From contig CAXXVL010000002.1 in assembly GCA_963667845.2 (NCBI GenBank), positions 672,001 through 736,000 on the forward strand: DNA of 64,000 bases. Direction: 5' to 3'. This DNA is from Smithellaceae bacterium (GTDB lineage: Bacteria > Desulfobacterota > Syntrophia > Syntrophales > Smithellaceae). Both the position numbers and the translations under genes were made by a program. The notes beneath the pieces were generated by a model that saw only the letters and a list, made by a program, of their open reading frames with translations, was not told the origin of the DNA and searched no databases. This document shows, in pieces, positions 61,896 through 64,000 of this stretch. The first letter of the stretch is position 1, and each line of letters opens with the position of its first letter.

Positions 61896-62184
61896 AACGT
61901 ACCTCGTCGTTTTTTTTTCATACCGATTGTTCCTCATGGCGCATTTTACAAGGAACAATGAGCGGGTGAATAAATTTTACCTACATTTCAAATAGCTAAT
62001 CTCTGCAGTGATTTATTTCAGAAGCTAAAAGCTCAGATTACCGGGCTTATGCCGAACCTAGCCACACCGCGAGGACGGGTGTTACTAATCATACCCTAGT
62101 TTTGTTGTCAAGCTTTTTTGTGACCGGCGGTCTATTTTTGATAAATTCGACGTTATAATAATTGAAATAAGTGCTTGAAAGAAT

Positions 62185-62562
62185 TCAATCCACTGCCGGT
62201 GTAATATTTTTTTGATCGCGCATTTCGCTCATGTGGGAACGGCCGTCGAAGAGGGCCCCTTCTTCCATAATGAAAATCGGTGTCCGGACGTCGCCAAACA
62301 ATTTACCAGTCGAATGAATGTTGACTCTTTCCTTTACTTCAATACTACCCTGAATTTCGCCGCCAATGTAAATGCTATGCACTGCGATATTTGCTTTCAC
62401 CAAAGCACCTTCCCCAACATCAACTGATCCCTGCCCGTAAATCTCCCCCTGAAAATCGCCGTCAATGCGCACATTCCCCTTGAAAATGAGTTTGCCGATA
62501 AACTCCGCGCCCTTCCCCAAGAAGGCTTTTGTATCTTCAACATGCTTCTTTTTTTCCCACAT
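62185..62562 (-). CDS. Bactofilin (polymer-forming cytoskeletal protein)
   Basis: G.L.F.G.VRIDG.F.G.I, G.I.G.I, GA.F.G beta-helix pattern. Confidence 0.9.
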   Translation of the reverse strand: MWEKKKHVEDTKAFLGKGAEFIGKLIFKGNVRIDGDFQGEIYGQGSVDVGEGALVKANIAVHSIYIGGEIQGSIEVKERVNIHSTGKLFGDVRTPIFIMEEGALFDGRSHMSEMRDQKNITPAVD

Positions 62563-62599
62563 ATCATCATTCTCCTTCCTATATTGAATACCCCATACG

Positions 62600-63715
62600 T
62601 CAACGTTGCAGAATGAATCTGCGAACGCTGACGTTCATTAGCAATCCTATGGCAGCCAAGAGTGTCACGATCGCTGAACCACCGTAACTCAGGAAAGGCA
62701 ATGGAATGCCTACAACCGGCAGCATCCCCAAAACCATTCCCATATTGATGACCACTTGCCATGCGATAAGCGCCGTAATGCCAAACGCGAGGATCGTGCC
62801 CAATAAATCTTTTGAATGCAAGGCAATTTTCAAACCCCAGATAATCAATGATATAAACATCACCATCAAAATGAGGCCGCCAATAAATCCCCATTCCTCA
62901 GCAAATACGGAAAAAACAAAATCTGTTTGCTGTTCAGGCAAGAACTTCAGTTGAGTTTGGGAGCCTTTTAAGAATCCCTTGCCCAAAAATCCTCCGGACC
63001 CAATCGCTATCATGGACTGAATGATGTGATAACCCGCTCCCAGAGGGTCACTTTCCGGCGACAGAAAAGTCAATAATCTGTCTTTTTGATAGTCTTTTAA
63101 AAACATCCAGGCCACGGGCAGCATGACCAGGGCGCTCGCCAGCGTAATCAATATGGACTTCCAATTCATCCCTATAAAAAGAACAATCGAGGCGGCAACA
63201 ATGACCATTACTAGGGCGGTGCCGAGATCGGGTTGTTTCAGAATCAGGAGACAGGGAATCAGCACAAGCAGACAAGGAATAAACAATTCTCTCAATAAAT
63301 ATGGTTCATTGGATTTATGATCATCAAAATACCGGGCCAGGGCGATGATAATCGTCACCTTCATCAGTTCGGAAGGTTGAAATAAAATGAACCCAAAGGA
63401 GATCCATCGTTGCGCTCCATTGGCCGTATGCCCGAACGCAGCGACGAAAATAAGAGATGCCAGGGTGACCGCGTAAATGACGTAAGCTGCCTGATTAATA
63501 ATCCGATAATCAATGAGAAAGGTGAGCATCATCAAAAATAAGCCGAGCAGAATCCACTGCAGTTGTTTCAAATAGAGGGGAGATTGATTATCGGCAATAC
63601 TGAAACCTGTCGAGTAAATATTGATAATGCCTATGGCACAGATAGACATCACCAATGCAAAAAGCGTCCAGTCGAAGTACTGGAATATTCGGCGATCATA
63701 TTTAAGGAAAATCAT
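62600..63715 (-). CDS. rodA: Rod shape-determining protein RodA
   Basis: GAQRW, QPSE, QPDLGT, IGSGG, PEQQTDF, SYGGS. Confidence 0.96.
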   Translation of the reverse strand: MIFLKYDRRIFQYFDWTLFALVMSICAIGIINIYSTGFSIADNQSPLYLKQLQWILLGLFLMMLTFLIDYRIINQAAYVIYAVTLASLIFVAAFGHTANGAQRWISFGFILFQPSELMKVTIIIALARYFDDHKSNEPYLLRELFIPCLLVLIPCLLILKQPDLGTALVMVIVAASIVLFIGMNWKSILITLASALVMLPVAWMFLKDYQKDRLLTFLSPESDPLGAGYHIIQSMIAIGSGGFLGKGFLKGSQTQLKFLPEQQTDFVFSVFAEEWGFIGGLILMVMFISLIIWGLKIALHSKDLLGTILAFGITALIAWQVVINMGMVLGMLPVVGIPLPFLSYGGSAIVTLLAAIGLLMNVSVRRFILQR

Positions 63716-63764
63716 TGATTATCCCTTTTACGAATCTGAAATAAGATCACAGTTATTAAATATG

Positions 63765-64000
63765 TCAGTTTCCGTTACGCTCGGCCGACGAAACATTTGC
63801 AGCAATTTGATCCACTTTTTCTTTCTTCTTGCCATCGAAATAAGCATTGAGAATTTTGCGCGCAATCGGTGCAGCAACGGAGCCACCCCCTCCGCCAGCG
63901 TTTTCGGCAACGACAACAATCGCAATTTCTGGGTTTTTCATCGGGGCATAGCAAACAAACAACGCATGATCCCTGTGAATCGCGGCTATTTTTTTCATGC
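63765..64000 (-). CDS. mrdA: Penicillin-binding protein 2, C-terminal fragment (gene continues beyond the window)
   Basis: DHA.F..YAP..NPEIA.VV..EN.G.GG..AAPIAR; upstream of rodA. Confidence 0.85.
   Translation of the reverse strand, partial: MKKIAAIHRDHALFVCYAPMKNPEIAIVVVAENAGGGGGSVAAPIARKILNAYFDGKKKEKVDQIAANVSSAERNGN

Overview
Mostly core chromosome of an anaerobic Desulfobacterota bacterium, most likely Syntrophales (Smithella/Syntrophus-like). This is inferred from the acs-etfB-etfA-membrane FeS oxidoreductase-crotonase cluster and the split F0F1 operon with two b subunits. 1-12.2 kb: LPS/surface-glycan locus with a CDP-3,6-dideoxyhexose pathway (rfbG, rfbH, flavin reductase, rfbF, 4-reductase), GT9/GT10/GT2 glycosyltransferases, DUF5672, a methyltransferase, a WcbI-like gene and an O-antigen ligase. 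12.5-19.5 kb: folD, a YtfJ-like protein, an atypical acyl-CoA ligase and a carbamoyltransferase-SxtJ-DUF5989-SGNH cassette. 19.6-28.4 kb: syntrophic energy cluster. 28.4-36.9 kb: long structured non-coding leaders, an RRM protein, an aminotransferase, a short S1 protein, a MotB/OmpA pseudogene, a cNMP-CPBP fusion, a site-2 protease and a nitroreductase. 36.9-64 kb: housekeeping genes (pgi, tkt, cutA, TrmH, TerC, CoA-disulfide reductase-like, lgt, trxB, tRNA-Arg(CCT), ftcD, ftsY, smc, moaA, greA, atp operon, bactofilin, rodA, mrdA). I found no CRISPR array, prophage, integrase or transposase. Best leads: (1) an acyl-CoA ligase homolog that apparently starts at ATT and lacks both adenylation lysines; (2) a multi-branched candidate RNA in the acs leader; (3) a cNMP-binding/intramembrane-protease fusion; (4) tandem NrdR-like boxes at the smc promoter; (5) a structured RRM leader with a terminator; (6) two small repeat elements. 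All assignments come from reading motifs by eye; no database search or folding program was run.
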